Source: Saprolegnia diclina VS20
Taxonomy: Eukaryota
Length of the DNA stretch: 64,000 bases
NCBI RefSeq assembly: GCF_000281045.1
Contig: NW_008246071.1
Span: forward strand, 571,315 to 635,314
Direction of reading: 5' to 3'
In this document: positions 33,991 to 45,233 of the stretch, piece after piece
How the letters are laid out: each line of letters opens with the position of its first letter
Numbering within the stretch: the first letter of the stretch is position 1
The notes under the pieces: generated by a model
Database searches by the model: none
What the model was told of the DNA's origin: nothing
The model's input: only the letters and a program-made list of their open reading frames with translations
Position numbers and translations under genes: made by a program

Positions 33991-36900
33991 ATGGCGACGC
34001 CAGCGATCGTCGTCTCGGGCGTCTCGAGCGGCGTCGGCAAGACGTCGCTCGCGATTGGTCTCATGGCGGCTCTCACCAAGCGCGGACTGCGCGTGCAGCC
34101 GTTCAAGGTCGGCCCGGACTTTCTCGATCCGATGCACCATACGCTCGCGTGTGGTGTCGCGAGCGTCAACCTCGATGGCTTCATGATGGGCCGGGACGAG
34201 TGTCTCGCCACGTACCATCGCGCATGCGTCGCGACAAGGGCCGACATTGCCGTCATCGAAGGCTGCATGGGGCTCTTCGACGGCACGAACGGGGCCTCGG
34301 ACGGCGGCAGCTCGGCCGAGATCGCCAAGTGGCTGCACGCGCCCGTCGTCCTCGTCGTGGACGCGTGGTGCATTGGACGCAGCGCCGCGGCCATGGTGCA
34401 CGGCTACTGCTCGTTCGACCGCAACGTGTCGTTTGCCGGCGTCGTCTTCAACAAGATTGGCGGTGACGCGCACGCCCAATGGCTCCGTGACGCGATGCAG
34501 TCGTCGCCGCTCACACAGTCGGTGCGCGTCTTGGGCTGCGTCCCCAAGGACGTATCGATCGTCGTACCCGAACGCCACTTGGGGCTGCACATGCCAGACA
34601 ATGCAGCACACATCCACGGCCTCGCTCGTCTCGTCGAGGCCCACATTTGCGTCGACACGCTGCTCGCCATGCACTCAAAGCTCTGCATGCCCGTCGACGA
34701 GCCACTGACGCCACGAGCGACGACAAGATCACCGCCCGTGCGGCTCGGCGTCGCGCGCGACGAAGCGTTTTGCTTTTACTACGCCGACAACCTCCGCGTG
34801 CTCGAGGCCGTGGGCTTTACCCTCGAGTTCTTCTCGCCCTTGCTCGACGTGAAGGTCCCAAACGTCCATGCGCTCTACTTTGGCGGCGGGTACCCCGAGC
34901 TCCACGCCACTGCGCTAGAAGCCAACGCGTCGATGCGGGCGTCAGTCCGAACGTTTGCCGCGTCCGGAAAGCTCGTGTACGCCGAGTGCGGCGGTCTTAT
35001 GTACCTTGCGCAAAAGCTCTTTGAGAAAGGCAAGGCTGTTGCCATGGCCGGCGTCCTCCCGATTGACGTCAGCATGACTCCACGCATGACGATGGGCTAT
35101 TGCGTGGCCGAACTCTCGGTGGCCTTGGCGACGTTATTGCAGCTGCCGCGCGCGACAGCACTGGCGTGCCATCAGTACCACTTTTCGGAGCTCACGTACA
35201 AGGACCAGCCGGCGGCACTGCTCGACGCTGACGGCGCGGTCGTCCAACTGGCCGGCGTCGAGGCGCCAGCGTACCAATGTCGCATGGAGCGCCCGGACGC
35301 GGCGTTCGCACCCGAAGGCGTCGTTCTCGGTGGCACGATCGCGTCGTACTGCCACCTTCACTTTGGCTCGCACCCGGCGTTTGCGTCGGCGCTCCTGGCT
35401 ACAGCAAAGCGACGCCTGCCGCTCGTGTCGTTTGAGCCGAGTGCGACCGAGATTGTTGGGGCTATCTGGGACAGTCGGCTGCCATGTGACAACGACGACG
35501 AGACGACGCGCCGGGCCGCCAAGAAGGCCCTTCTGTGTGCCGTGAGCGAGTTTTGCGATGCACCGGCACACTACACCACGGGCGTGCCCCGCATCACCAA
35601 GAGCTTGATCACAGCGACGACCTCCGAAGCCATTGAAGCCCAAGTCCAAGCCTTCCACGCCCAAGGCATCCGTGATCTGCACGTGATCGACACGACCTTG
35701 CTTGCGACCTGTCGCTCTGGCGTCGTCTTTACGCAGGACGCTTGCGATCGGTGCTCGGCAGTCGATAGCGCTGTTGCTCTCGCCCTTGACGCAGCACATT
35801 TGCCACGCGACGTGGCTTTTCCCATCCAGCCACGGACGGTCTCTGACGTGCTTGATGGTATACTCGCGGTCGGTCGCGTCCTCGGCGAAGACGCTCGGGC
35901 GACGCAGCTGCACGCGGCGCTTACTACTCGACTTGATGCGGTGGTCGCTAAAGTCGATGGACTCGGTCGACCGCGTGTGTTGGGCCTTGAGAGCGTCTTT
36001 CCCCTTGTGGCGTCGGGGCAGTGGTTGCCCGACATGCGGTGTCGTGCCGGTGGGTCCGAGGCGTTGGCCGACTCGTCGCCGGGGTGTCCGCCGCGACGCT
36101 TGAGTTGGCCCGACGACATTGTGCCGTCTCGACCTGATGTCCTCGTCGTCGCGTGCTGCGGCAAGTCGGCGTTTGAGACGGTGCGGGACATGGAGCAGTA
36201 TTTGCTATCGCAAGATGGGTTTTGGCAGCTCCCGGCGATGCTAGCGACGCCACCGCGGTTGTTTGCCGTCGACCATGGCGTTCTGTCTCGCCCAGGGCCG
36301 AATATCATCTTGGGCATTGAGATCCTCGCTGGCCTCCTACATTCTACAAGCCTCGAGGCGCCTCCCGAGCTCAAACACGTGTGCATCTTGCAGTACCGAG
36401 GTCCCCGGTTCGCCACCGGCGAGGCATTTGTGTCGCACTTTGAACCCGTGCTTGCATCGACCGAGCGCGCGCCGCCGTCGACCGAGCCCGCATGGCGTAC
36501 CCTTGAGGCGAGCGGGCCACCGGCGCTGGCGGCCCACGCGGTAGTCGCCTCGCGTGACACGCTGTACCTTGTCGGCGGCGAAGACACGGCGTCGACGCGA
36601 ACGTCGGCTGTGTGGCAGTGGACACCGTCGCAGTCGTGGGAGCTCCTGCCGTGCGCCACCGTGTACGGCGAGGACGACGTGCCCACAGCGCGGTCCAACC
36701 ACGCCGCCGCGCTCTGGCACCATATTCTGCTTGTTTTTGGCGGCTGGGACCAAGATGGTTTACAACCGCTCGGACAGCTCGAGCTTCTCAACCTCGACAC
36801 GCGCTGCTGGACGCACGGCAGTACGACTGGCGCTGCGCCCTCGTCGCGGGGCAACCCCACGCTGGTTGTCGACGCGCAGCGGTCGATGGCGATCGTCTTT

Positions 36901-37821
36901 GGCGGCTGGAACAAAATCGAGCGCTTCAACGATGTGCACTTGCTCGACTTGCGCACGTGGGCATGGCGCGAAGTCCGGTCAACCGCGGTTGCACCGCAAA
37001 AGCGCACCGACCACGCGGCCGTGTGGGCGGACGACCGCATGTTTGTCCTTGGCGGCTCAACGTGCGACGGACCCATGAACGACGTGTGGGTCTGGAGCCC
37101 GAGCACAGAGGCGTGGAGTGAGTTGCATTGCTCTGGCGATCTTCCCGCGCCCCGAACGTCCCACGCGGCTGCTGTCTGTGGGCGGCACATTCTGATGACG
37201 GGCGGTCAGTCTCATACGACGGCCCGCGGCACGAGTGTGTTTGCGTCGAGTTACGCGCTCAACATCGACTCGCTCGAGTGGACTGCACTGCCCAACTTGC
37301 CGCTCTCTATCTGTCGGCATGGCACCGCGGTCCTCGGCGATGTCGTGTACGCATTTGGCGGCTACGATGGGCATCATGTCACCCATGGCTTGCACGAGCT
37401 GAGTGTCTCTGCGGCTGCCTTGCCCTCGAGCCCTGTCCCTGCGTCGGACACGAAGCAAGCTGTCGCGTCGCCTGCTGTAGCGAACGAGGTGCTGCCGGTC
37501 GTGTCGTGGGCACCGACCACGCCGCTGACGCTGAACGACTTGGTGAACGACCCAAGCATGGCCGACGACCTCGCCGAGATTGACGAGGTGGAGCTGGACG
37601 AGCAGCCGAGCGAGCGGTACCGGTTGCTGCACAAAGTGGCGTGCGACCGCGGCTACCTCCAGTACGTCGACCCGGCGTCCGGCTACACGGTCTTCACCGC
37701 GATTTTTCTCAAGAAGCGCGCGTGCTGCGGGTACAAATGCCGCCACTGCCCCTGGGGCCACAAAAACGTGGCCAAGAACAAGACGACGAATACGCATACG
37801 AACGCGTCCCTCGAGTGGTAG
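33991..37821 (+). CDS. cobB: Fusion protein: cobyrinate a,c-diamide synthase (CobB/CbiA synthetase + glutaminase), BtuF-like binding domain, Kelch repeats, DUF5522-like Cys-rich domain; intronless, 1276 aa
   Basis: SGVGKT, FKVGPDFLDP, IEGCMGLFDG, ERHLGL, DEAFCFYY, GGGYPE, AECGGLMYL, ASYCHLHF. Then VSFEPSATEIV, SEFCDAP, TQDACDRC, SGQWLPDM, SRPGP. About six GG-containing Kelch repeats. Ends YVDPASGYTVFT..RACCGYKCRHCPWG. Confidence 0.92.
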   Translation: MATPAIVVSGVSSGVGKTSLAIGLMAALTKRGLRVQPFKVGPDFLDPMHHTLACGVASVNLDGFMMGRDECLATYHRACVATRADIAVIEGCMGLFDGTNGASDGGSSAEIAKWLHAPVVLVVDAWCIGRSAAAMVHGYCSFDRNVSFAGVVFNKIGGDAHAQWLRDAMQSSPLTQSVRVLGCVPKDVSIVVPERHLGLHMPDNAAHIHGLARLVEAHICVDTLLAMHSKLCMPVDEPLTPRATTRSPPVRLGVARDEAFCFYYADNLRVLEAVGFTLEFFSPLLDVKVPNVHALYFGGGYPELHATALEANASMRASVRTFAASGKLVYAECGGLMYLAQKLFEKGKAVAMAGVLPIDVSMTPRMTMGYCVAELSVALATLLQLPRATALACHQYHFSELTYKDQPAALLDADGAVVQLAGVEAPAYQCRMERPDAAFAPEGVVLGGTIASYCHLHFGSHPAFASALLATAKRRLPLVSFEPSATEIVGAIWDSRLPCDNDDETTRRAAKKALLCAVSEFCDAPAHYTTGVPRITKSLITATTSEAIEAQVQAFHAQGIRDLHVIDTTLLATCRSGVVFTQDACDRCSAVDSAVALALDAAHLPRDVAFPIQPRTVSDVLDGILAVGRVLGEDARATQLHAALTTRLDAVVAKVDGLGRPRVLGLESVFPLVASGQWLPDMRCRAGGSEALADSSPGCPPRRLSWPDDIVPSRPDVLVVACCGKSAFETVRDMEQYLLSQDGFWQLPAMLATPPRLFAVDHGVLSRPGPNIILGIEILAGLLHSTSLEAPPELKHVCILQYRGPRFATGEAFVSHFEPVLASTERAPPSTEPAWRTLEASGPPALAAHAVVASRDTLYLVGGEDTASTRTSAVWQWTPSQSWELLPCATVYGEDDVPTARSNHAAALWHHILLVFGGWDQDGLQPLGQLELLNLDTRCWTHGSTTGAAPSSRGNPTLVVDAQRSMAIVFGGWNKIERFNDVHLLDLRTWAWREVRSTAVAPQKRTDHAAVWADDRMFVLGGSTCDGPMNDVWVWSPSTEAWSELHCSGDLPAPRTSHAAAVCGRHILMTGGQSHTTARGTSVFASSYALNIDSLEWTALPNLPLSICRHGTAVLGDVVYAFGGYDGHHVTHGLHELSVSAAALPSSPVPASDTKQAVASPAVANEVLPVVSWAPTTPLTLNDLVNDPSMADDLAEIDEVELDEQPSERYRLLHKVACDRGYLQYVDPASGYTVFTAIFLKKRACCGYKCRHCPWGHKNVAKNKTTNTHTNASLEW

Positions 37822-37865
37822 AGAAGGCGAAGCGCCAGCAACTAGATTGATGAGAAATGCATCGG

Positions 37866-39021
37866 TTAGAGCTCTTCCTTGTAGTGTTCCAGCGTCACAA
37901 AGTTGGGCTTGCGCTTCGTCTTGATCGCGTCGACGCCTTCGCGGTAGTCGGCGGTCGCGTAGCAGTTGGCCTGGCTGTCGGCTTCGCGCCACAACGCCCG
38001 CTCGAGGCCTTCGTCCTACACAGGTCGATGTGAGCATCCGCCCTATTGAATGCGTCGAACGCACCTGCTTGAGGCGGAGCGACCGAAGGAGGCTGCGCGT
38101 CGCCACCGACGACCCGGACGTCATTTCCTGCGCCATCGTGATGGCTTCCGCGACAACGTCTTCCTATACATGTGCTTGAGATCGAGTTGTTCAAGCACGC
38201 ACCACGAACCTTGGCGACAACCTTGGACACGACGCCGAACTGGTGCGCCTCTTCGCCCGAGATGACCTAGTGCCCAAGGTGAGCCTACACGCAGTAGAGA
38301 CACAGCAGAGCCAGGCTATACCTTGCCGCTCATGAGCAAGTAGTTGGCCTTCTCGGGGCCGACGATCGACGGCAAAAAGTGCGTGCAGGCCATGCCCTAA
38401 CAACCAAAGTCAAGGAATGCGCGATCGGCGGGAGCAAACCGGATGAAGACCGAGGTGCACAAAGGTAAAGCCGAGCTTGGCGTCCTTAGCGGCCACGCGC
38501 ACGTCGGCAAAGAGCGAGATGCACATGCCAGCGCCAATCGCGGGGCCGTTGATCGCTGCGATGAGCGGCACGGGCAGCGACCGGAGGCTGAGGAAGCGGC
38601 CGTAAAACTTGCGCATCGTGACACTGGATTCCGTCAACTGCCGATACCAAAGCCAAAGAAGACGAGTAGTACCTGTTGCGCGTCGGCGTGTCGAGGCTAC
38701 GGCGCGTGAGAAAGTCCAAGTCCCCGCCGGCCGAGAACGCGCGGCCTTCGCCCGTGAGCACGATGGCCGAGAACTCGCTGGCGCGGTCGGAAATTTCCTG
38801 GACGAGCTCTATACATGCGCACGAATGTTGAGAGGAAAATGGTGTAGGAATCGGTGTCGACCTTCGACACGGTCGCCCATGTCGGCCGTGAGCGCGTTGA
38901 GGCGGCTGGGGTCGTTGAGCCGCAGGATGCCGATCGTACCCTGCTTCTCCAAGGTGACGCAGGAAGCGGCGGCCGACGAGAAGCTGCGGACAGGACGCGC
39001 GAGGTGGCGGAGCATCATCAT
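37866..39021 (-). CDS. Enoyl-CoA hydratase/isomerase (crotonase family), probably mitochondrial; multi-exon
   Basis: Presequence-like MMMLRHLARPVRSFSS; SRLNAL, GRAFSAGGDL, IAAINGPAIGAG, FVHLGLHP|GM, DYREGVDAIKTKRKPNF. Confidence 0.9.
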
Positions 39022-40241
39022 CGTCCTCGGGGATGCGCTTGGCAAATGACGTCCGTCGATTGAAGTTCGTGCTTGAAGTACCACCCTTTCTGGCCCCACA
39101 CTGGGACATAGTACAACGTGCGGGTGCGCTGGTAGGAACTTTGGTATTGACTGCGAAGCGTTGAGTAACGGTATTGCGGCGACGGCGCGTTGGCCTGCTC
39201 AAATGTCAACACACTCGCTGCGCTGCGCAGACTTTTCTGGTCAGCGCGCCGCCGCTGGCTGCAGTTTGCGCGAGCTTCTAAAATCGTACCTAACGGGAAA
39301 GTTGCGTGAATTGCAGTCAAGTACGCCTACGTACTTAGTTGAAGAAAATATAATATAATGTCGGGACTACGAGCAGCACTTAATGGGACCAACATCGCAC
39401 TTCACGGAACATATTCCGCGCGATGCGATTGGCTTAGACTAATGAAACTGTGCTTCATTGGCCAAAATGACTAAATGACTTGAATTATAGTCAATTGGTT
39501 GGCCGGATTGACTCTCCTGGGATGCTGGACCTATACTTATATATATGAACGTGTTCCGCGTTATCTTCATTATGACACAAAGACTTCGCATACGTAGCGC
39601 TACGTCTGAATGCGTGGGAGTTGGCACCAGCACTTGGTCGTTGGGAGTGAGCTGCATACGGAGAGATCCTTACTTATTTAAGTATACTTTGAGGAGATTG
39701 CTGCGCCGATATTGCAATCTGTCGCCCTCTAAACCTATACTAAGCTTATTGGGCGAGAGGGAGAGCTCGGTGCGAGCAACTCCAATCGAAAATGTACTTG
39801 ACTTGAATTGTGTGAATTATTAACGCGTGATCGTAGTGCAGGACCGGAATCGCGGAGGTGAACCCTATTGGATGCGCCAGAGCACGTAGGCACTGATGCA
39901 AGCCACAACCACCTCGGCAGTGGCAAAACTAATGCCTTTCCAGTTGCGGGCGTTGGACGCTGAGCTGGTGTCGAGGAGGAATGGATCGCTTTTGGCGGTT
40001 TTCGTCTGGACGCTTGTCATAGCCGAGGAAAATTAGTAAATGATCATCACCTTGTACTTCGTCAGAGCCAGCACTCAGTATCAGCGTGGCCGTAGGATGT
40101 CAAACGGACAGACGCACTCCTGAGTGGACATCCGTGACGCCCACGACGACGAAGAGAGCCGATTTGAGCTCTTGTCGCCAAGCCTACATTCTGTATCCGA
40201 GCGAAGGTAAAATATCCTCTGGACAGGCGGGCCATCTGCTC

Positions 40242-40333
40242 CAGGTCTGAGTTCCCAGTGTCTACCAACTCAGACACCATATATTAATAGACGTCATGGT
40301 GTCTGAGTTGGTAGACACTGAAACTCAGACCTG
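40242..40333. repeat. Long inverted repeat (38-39 nt arms, 15 nt AT-rich loop)
   Basis: caggtctgagttcccagtgtctaccaactcagacaccat (40242-40280) versus atggtgtctgagttggtagacactgaaactcagacctg (40296-40333); inner 25 bp perfectly complementary. Confidence 0.92.
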
Positions 40334-40870
40334 CGTTGCCAGCTTGCGTTGCCGGACAGCTCGAACGGACCTGCACAGACTCCAGCGTCAGACGGTGAAG
40401 TACATGTCCAGAGCTCGTGTCCAGTGCAACTCGTTATGGTCCCTGAACGAATGTTGGTCGTGTCGCGATCTCAAAGCTGATCCAAGGCAGGGAGAGCGAC
40501 AAGATCGAGGCACGACATCCTTCCACGCACGTCCCATCTGCCCCGCGTGGGAAGGGGTTATTTAGCTTGTGCGTTGGTTATTCAAAACGAGCCAAAATGT
40601 TGACATGTGCCGCGGGGTACCAGTGCGCTGCAGGAGTTCTTTGGGCGCGCGGCAAACGTCTAGTCAGATGCCCGTTCAATATCACAAATGGTCTAGCTCT
40701 ACATGGATGGCGCCGGCGTTAACCAGGGGATAAAGCGATCGCTCCACTCAGGCGTTTGTTGTGCCCTGCTAAGTTCGCGCGTGTGAGCTGCACGAACTTG
40801 GACGAGATCGCGACAGGTGGATAGTTTTATCCGGACATCCGGTGAGGACGCCTTTCAAACCAACAGAGAG

Positions 40871-43863
40871 ATGGCGGCAGCGACATCGCGCACGGCGCAG
40901 CAGGTTCTCACGGCGGTGCGCAAGGTGCTCGCGGGCCACACGTACAGCGCGCAAACAATGCAGCGCACTTTCATGGTCACTCTAGGAGAGCCGACGAGCG
41001 GAAGCGCGCGGACGCCTTTCTGCAAACCTTCCAGCGCACGCCGGAGGCCATTCCCGTGAGCTTGGCCTTGCTCGCGCAGAGCGACGACGTTCTCAAGGAG
41101 CACGAGCACCTCTTCGTTATCAACACCATCTATCGTGCGCTGTGCAGCCGCGGGTCGCGGGACCATCCGCGCTTCAAGTCGGACGCCTCGGTCGGCGCGG
41201 CCGAGCTCCTGCGCCCGTGCTTTGCGCAGCTCTGCACGCACATCCATGGATCGATCACCAACCACACGTCCTCTCTCATTGCGAGTCAGTACGCGTGCTG
41301 CGTGGCCGTGTGCATGCTCTCGACGACCGAAGGCGACGTCCTAACAACGCTAAGCGCACTCTCGTCAACGGTGTCGCTGCCCAGTATCGCCGTCGACATG
41401 GCTGTCATCACGCTCCTCCAGCTGCTGCCCGAAGAGATCCAAAACAAGCGCCTCTTGCTTCGCAAGGACCACCGGGAATCCTGGGTGGCGTCCGTCAAGA
41501 CCGAGTCGCCGCAGGTGCTCCATACGCTCGAAGGCTGCTGGGCGAGCCAGGTCGCGCGCCGACCCAACACGCTCTGTGCCTTCCACGCCCGCCTCGAAGA
41601 GCGCATCCTTGAAACCTTTGGGGCATGGATCGTCCATGGTAAATTGGCCCCCAACGCGATTGCGTCATCGAGTTTGCTTGCTGCTGCATGCGACGTGGCC
41701 GCCAAGATGGCGCCCGAGAGCGACCGCATCTTGGACGTCCTTCAAGACATTGTCGGCACGTGCGTCGACGCCTCCTTTGCGCCACTGCTGTCGCCGCTGC
41801 TCGCGTTTAGCACGCGCCTCGGGTCCCACGCTTTGGAAACCGCCCACGACCTGCGCCCCGACCTCCTCGTTGCGATCGCGGCGACAGTGGCGAGCGTCGG
41901 CGAGCAAGCGCTTGCCTGTGGTCTCCTCTCGCCCAGTGGCACTGCGATGCCCCAAAGCTTCCTCGACATGCTCTTGGCCTTCAGCTCGGTGCACGAGACG
42001 GACGCGTTGACCAAAGTATTTGATTTTTGGGTCGCCTTCCGCGCCCACATGGTCGGTGACGGCAGCGACGCAGCGTGCACCTGGGACGCCACGTACATTC
42101 CAACGGTCCTTCGACATGTAGTTGCGTCGACGTCGCTCGAAAGAACGTCGGACCCGTCCGGTGACGAGTTTGTGCAACACCGCAAGGAGATGCGCGCGGT
42201 CCTCCGGCTCCTCTCGCAGGCGTCGCCCGACGCGTTCCTGCACGAGCTCCTACGCGCCATTTTCACAGCGTACGAGACGCTCACGCCCCCCTCGGTACGC
42301 TTCTTTCGGACCGAATGAGGGCTTACGTTGGTCTAGGCGCCAAGCGTCGCACTGCCGATTGAAGCCGCGCTCCATGCTCTGAGTGCGCTCACCAAGTGCA
42401 TTCCCGACAGCGACGAGACGTATATGCCGCGCTTGCTGCACCTTCTCTCGGCGCTGGCGTCGCCCGCGCGCACGCTGCATGCCCGAGCGCTCCTTCGGAC
42501 GATCACGGTCTTTCTTAGCGTTGTGCCGACTTGGATTCGGGCGCATCCCGCGTCGCTGCCGTGCGTGCATGACATGCTCACGCTCGCGCTGTCGTGCGCC
42601 GAAGACGACCCTCTCTGTGCGATGCGCAACGCTGAAGATCACATTGGCGCCGTCGCGCTTCTCAAGCTCGCGACCACGTGCGCGCCGCAACTGCACCTGG
42701 CGGCCGATCGCGATTGGCTCGAGTGCATGCGGAACGTGTACCGCGCGAACTTGCAGCCGACGCCGCTCCTCTCGGACAAGAGCTTGCGCCTCGTGCTCGA
42801 AGCATATGCGCGGGTGCTCATGGGCGCGACCCAAGCCGCGTACCAAGCGTCCAGCGTGACCTACTACGAGGCGGGCACCCCGCACGTTCTCTCGCTCGCG
42901 AACTTCATGTGCGAGCACTTGGTCGCGGCGCTGCCCCACGCTGCCACCGACGAAGCCGCCCAAACCGTAGTGTCGCTCGTGCTCGGGCATTTCACGACAC
43001 TCGCGTCGGCGCTGCTCCGCGAGCGCAGCTCGAGTGCTGACCACCCGCTTCTCACTGTGCTTCAAACGCACTGGGCACCGGTCTTCCAGCCGCTACTGAC
43101 GTGTCACGCTGTGCAAACCAGCGTCATGGAGCTCTTGGAAACGCTCTTCAAGAGCCTTGAGCGGGACGCGGCGCCGCTCGCGACCGCGGTCGTGCCCCTT
43201 CTCGTGCACGCGTATAGCGCGACGCGACATCGGTGCGTCATCGATACGCTCCAAGCGAGTTTGCGCTGTGCGTCGCCGTCGTCACCGTTGAGCGGACTCC
43301 TCCAAGACGCTGTCTTGCGCATCGTGCAGGACACAGCGCCGACGGCCCTCGCGCCCGACGGCGCCGATCGCCTTGACGGTGTCTGTGGCCTTGTTGTCGC
43401 ATTTGGCATCCACGAGCCCAAGATGCTCGAGGCGGCTGGCGTACTGCCACCGCTCCTCGCGCTCCTCCTCGAGGCACTGGTAGCCGGGCCCTACCACGTC
43501 CTTGCGGTGCTCAAGGTGCTCAATGCGCTTTGGCTCTGGCGAAGCGACGCGATGGCGCCGCTGCATCTGTACGTGACGTCCGTGCTCTCGGTCGACGTGG
43601 CGATTGCGATCTTTCGACAGCTCTTGCGCGCGCCGGCCCCGACGACCGACGCGGTCGCGCAGTGTCTTTTGAACGCCCGACGTGCGTTTCCCGCCGAGAC
43701 GCTGCGCAGCATTGCGACGTCAGCCGTCCACGACCCTGTGTTTGCCAACGTCTCGCATCAGACGCAGCGGGATATGCTCGAGGCGTACGCGAGCGTCGAT
43801 CCCAAGACCGCCACGCCGCGCAAGCTCGGTCGGTTCGTCAAGCTCTTTCAGCCCAAGCACTAA
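40871..43863 (+). CDS. Importin-beta family HEAT-repeat protein (transportin-3/importin-13-like); multi-exon
   Basis: ERKRADAFLQTFQRTPEA N-terminus, LLQLLPEEIQ, ETFGAWI, VFDFW, EFVQHRKEMR, IEAALHAL; Leu-rich helical throughout. Confidence 0.7.
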
Positions 43864-43940
43864 TACACGACGAACAAGGACAAGTTGACGCTAGGTGTAG
43901 GGTTATACAAACAGGGTCGATATATAGTAAAACGGTAATT

Positions 43941-45233
43941 CTAGTAGCCATGGGAGGACGCATAGTCCTTGAACTGCTCCCAAATGAGGAACCCGAGCAT
44001 GGTGTGGGGACCCGCGCGGATGTAGCCGGCGGCCCAGCCCTTGTAAAGTCCGTTGACGACGCCTTCGGCCGCCAATGTCTTGCGGAAGCAGTCGTAGACG
44101 CCCGTGTACAAGGCACCGCGGCCGCGCGCGTCGACGCGCTGGCTTGCGAGGCGCGTCGCGACCACATCAAACGGCTGCATGAAGGCGGAGATGGCCAAGC
44201 CACTCAAGAGCGAGGCTAGCAGAATCGGATGAGCCAAAACCTCGGACGTGACAGGTACCGCTAAGAGGGACCCAGACGCTGGTCGGTGCCAAGTCCAGTG
44301 CGTCCATCACAAACACTTTGGCGCTCGAGTACGACGCCAGCTGCGCACCCGACCCCACCTAATGCAGCGTGACGATGCTGTCGAGTCTTGGCTCTCTATC
44401 GTACCACGATCCGCGCCATTTGACCGCCGGCCCCCCGGTAGAGGCCTGCGACGCCGTCGGTCGCCAGCACTTGGCGAAATCCGTCCGTCTGGTGGATGAA
44501 GTCGCGTCAGCGATTGCGAAAAGCGGTGGGTCGTACCAAGGAGCGGTAGTGGTATTGCGCATTCACAGACGCCGTCGAGCTCTGCGCCTGCAGCCGCGTC
44601 TTGACGAGGTAGAAGGGCGACCCAACAATGCCACCCAGCACACCTAGTCAATGCCGTGAGACGTAGCTACAGTACATGGACGTACCCGAGAGCGCGCCGG
44701 CGACGGCGTTGCGGCCCATGAAGAATGGCGCGTTCGGGTCCGAAGCGCCGACGAGATGTTGGAAAGACTCGAAGCTGCCGAGCCGCAGCCCATTCATGAT
44801 GGCCTACGCACCAGCGCTTACGATGGATGTATCGTCAAGCGGAGACCGTACGTTGTAGGCCATGCCGGCGGCGAGACCGCGCTGGATGCCCACGACGCCT
44901 TCCGTGCGCGCAATCGTGTAGAACGCATGCGCAAAGTTGCGGTACAGCACGCGTCCGGGTGTACTGCTGCGCGCCATGAGCTCGCCCTGCGCATGTTCAT
45001 ATCTTGAGACGATTGCAGCAGTACGATGGATGATGGATTACCTGGAGCTGCATGCGCGTCTTGACGACCTCCATCGGGTTGGACCCGATCGTTGCCAGGG
45101 ACGTAGACGCGCCACCGAGCACGCAGCTCAGCCAGAGCGCGCGCGTCGCAGGTGCTGCCGGCGCTGTGTCATGCTGCACTTTGATGGCGAAGCCGCGCCG
45201 GGTAGTCGCGCAGCCAGCCGTCTCGACGCTCAT
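43941..45233 (-). CDS. Mitochondrial carrier, OAC1/SLC25A34-35-like, paralog of 30329-31491
   Basis: [62 protein letters not shown]. Confidence 0.88.

Noticed and set aside
33991..37821. Bacterial contamination or a full B12 biosynthesis cluster
   Set aside because: Flanked closely by intron-containing eukaryotic genes with similar composition, and no other cob/cbi genes occur in the window.
37866..39021. Functional link between the crotonase and the cobB fusion (propionate/B12 metabolism)
   Set aside because: Only adjacency (about 45 bp, convergent); tight spacing is general in this window.
39865..40020. 51-codon minus-strand ORF (MTSVQTKTAKSDPF...AYVLWRIQ) with hydrophobic end
   Set aside because: Too short, with no homology or splice support visible.
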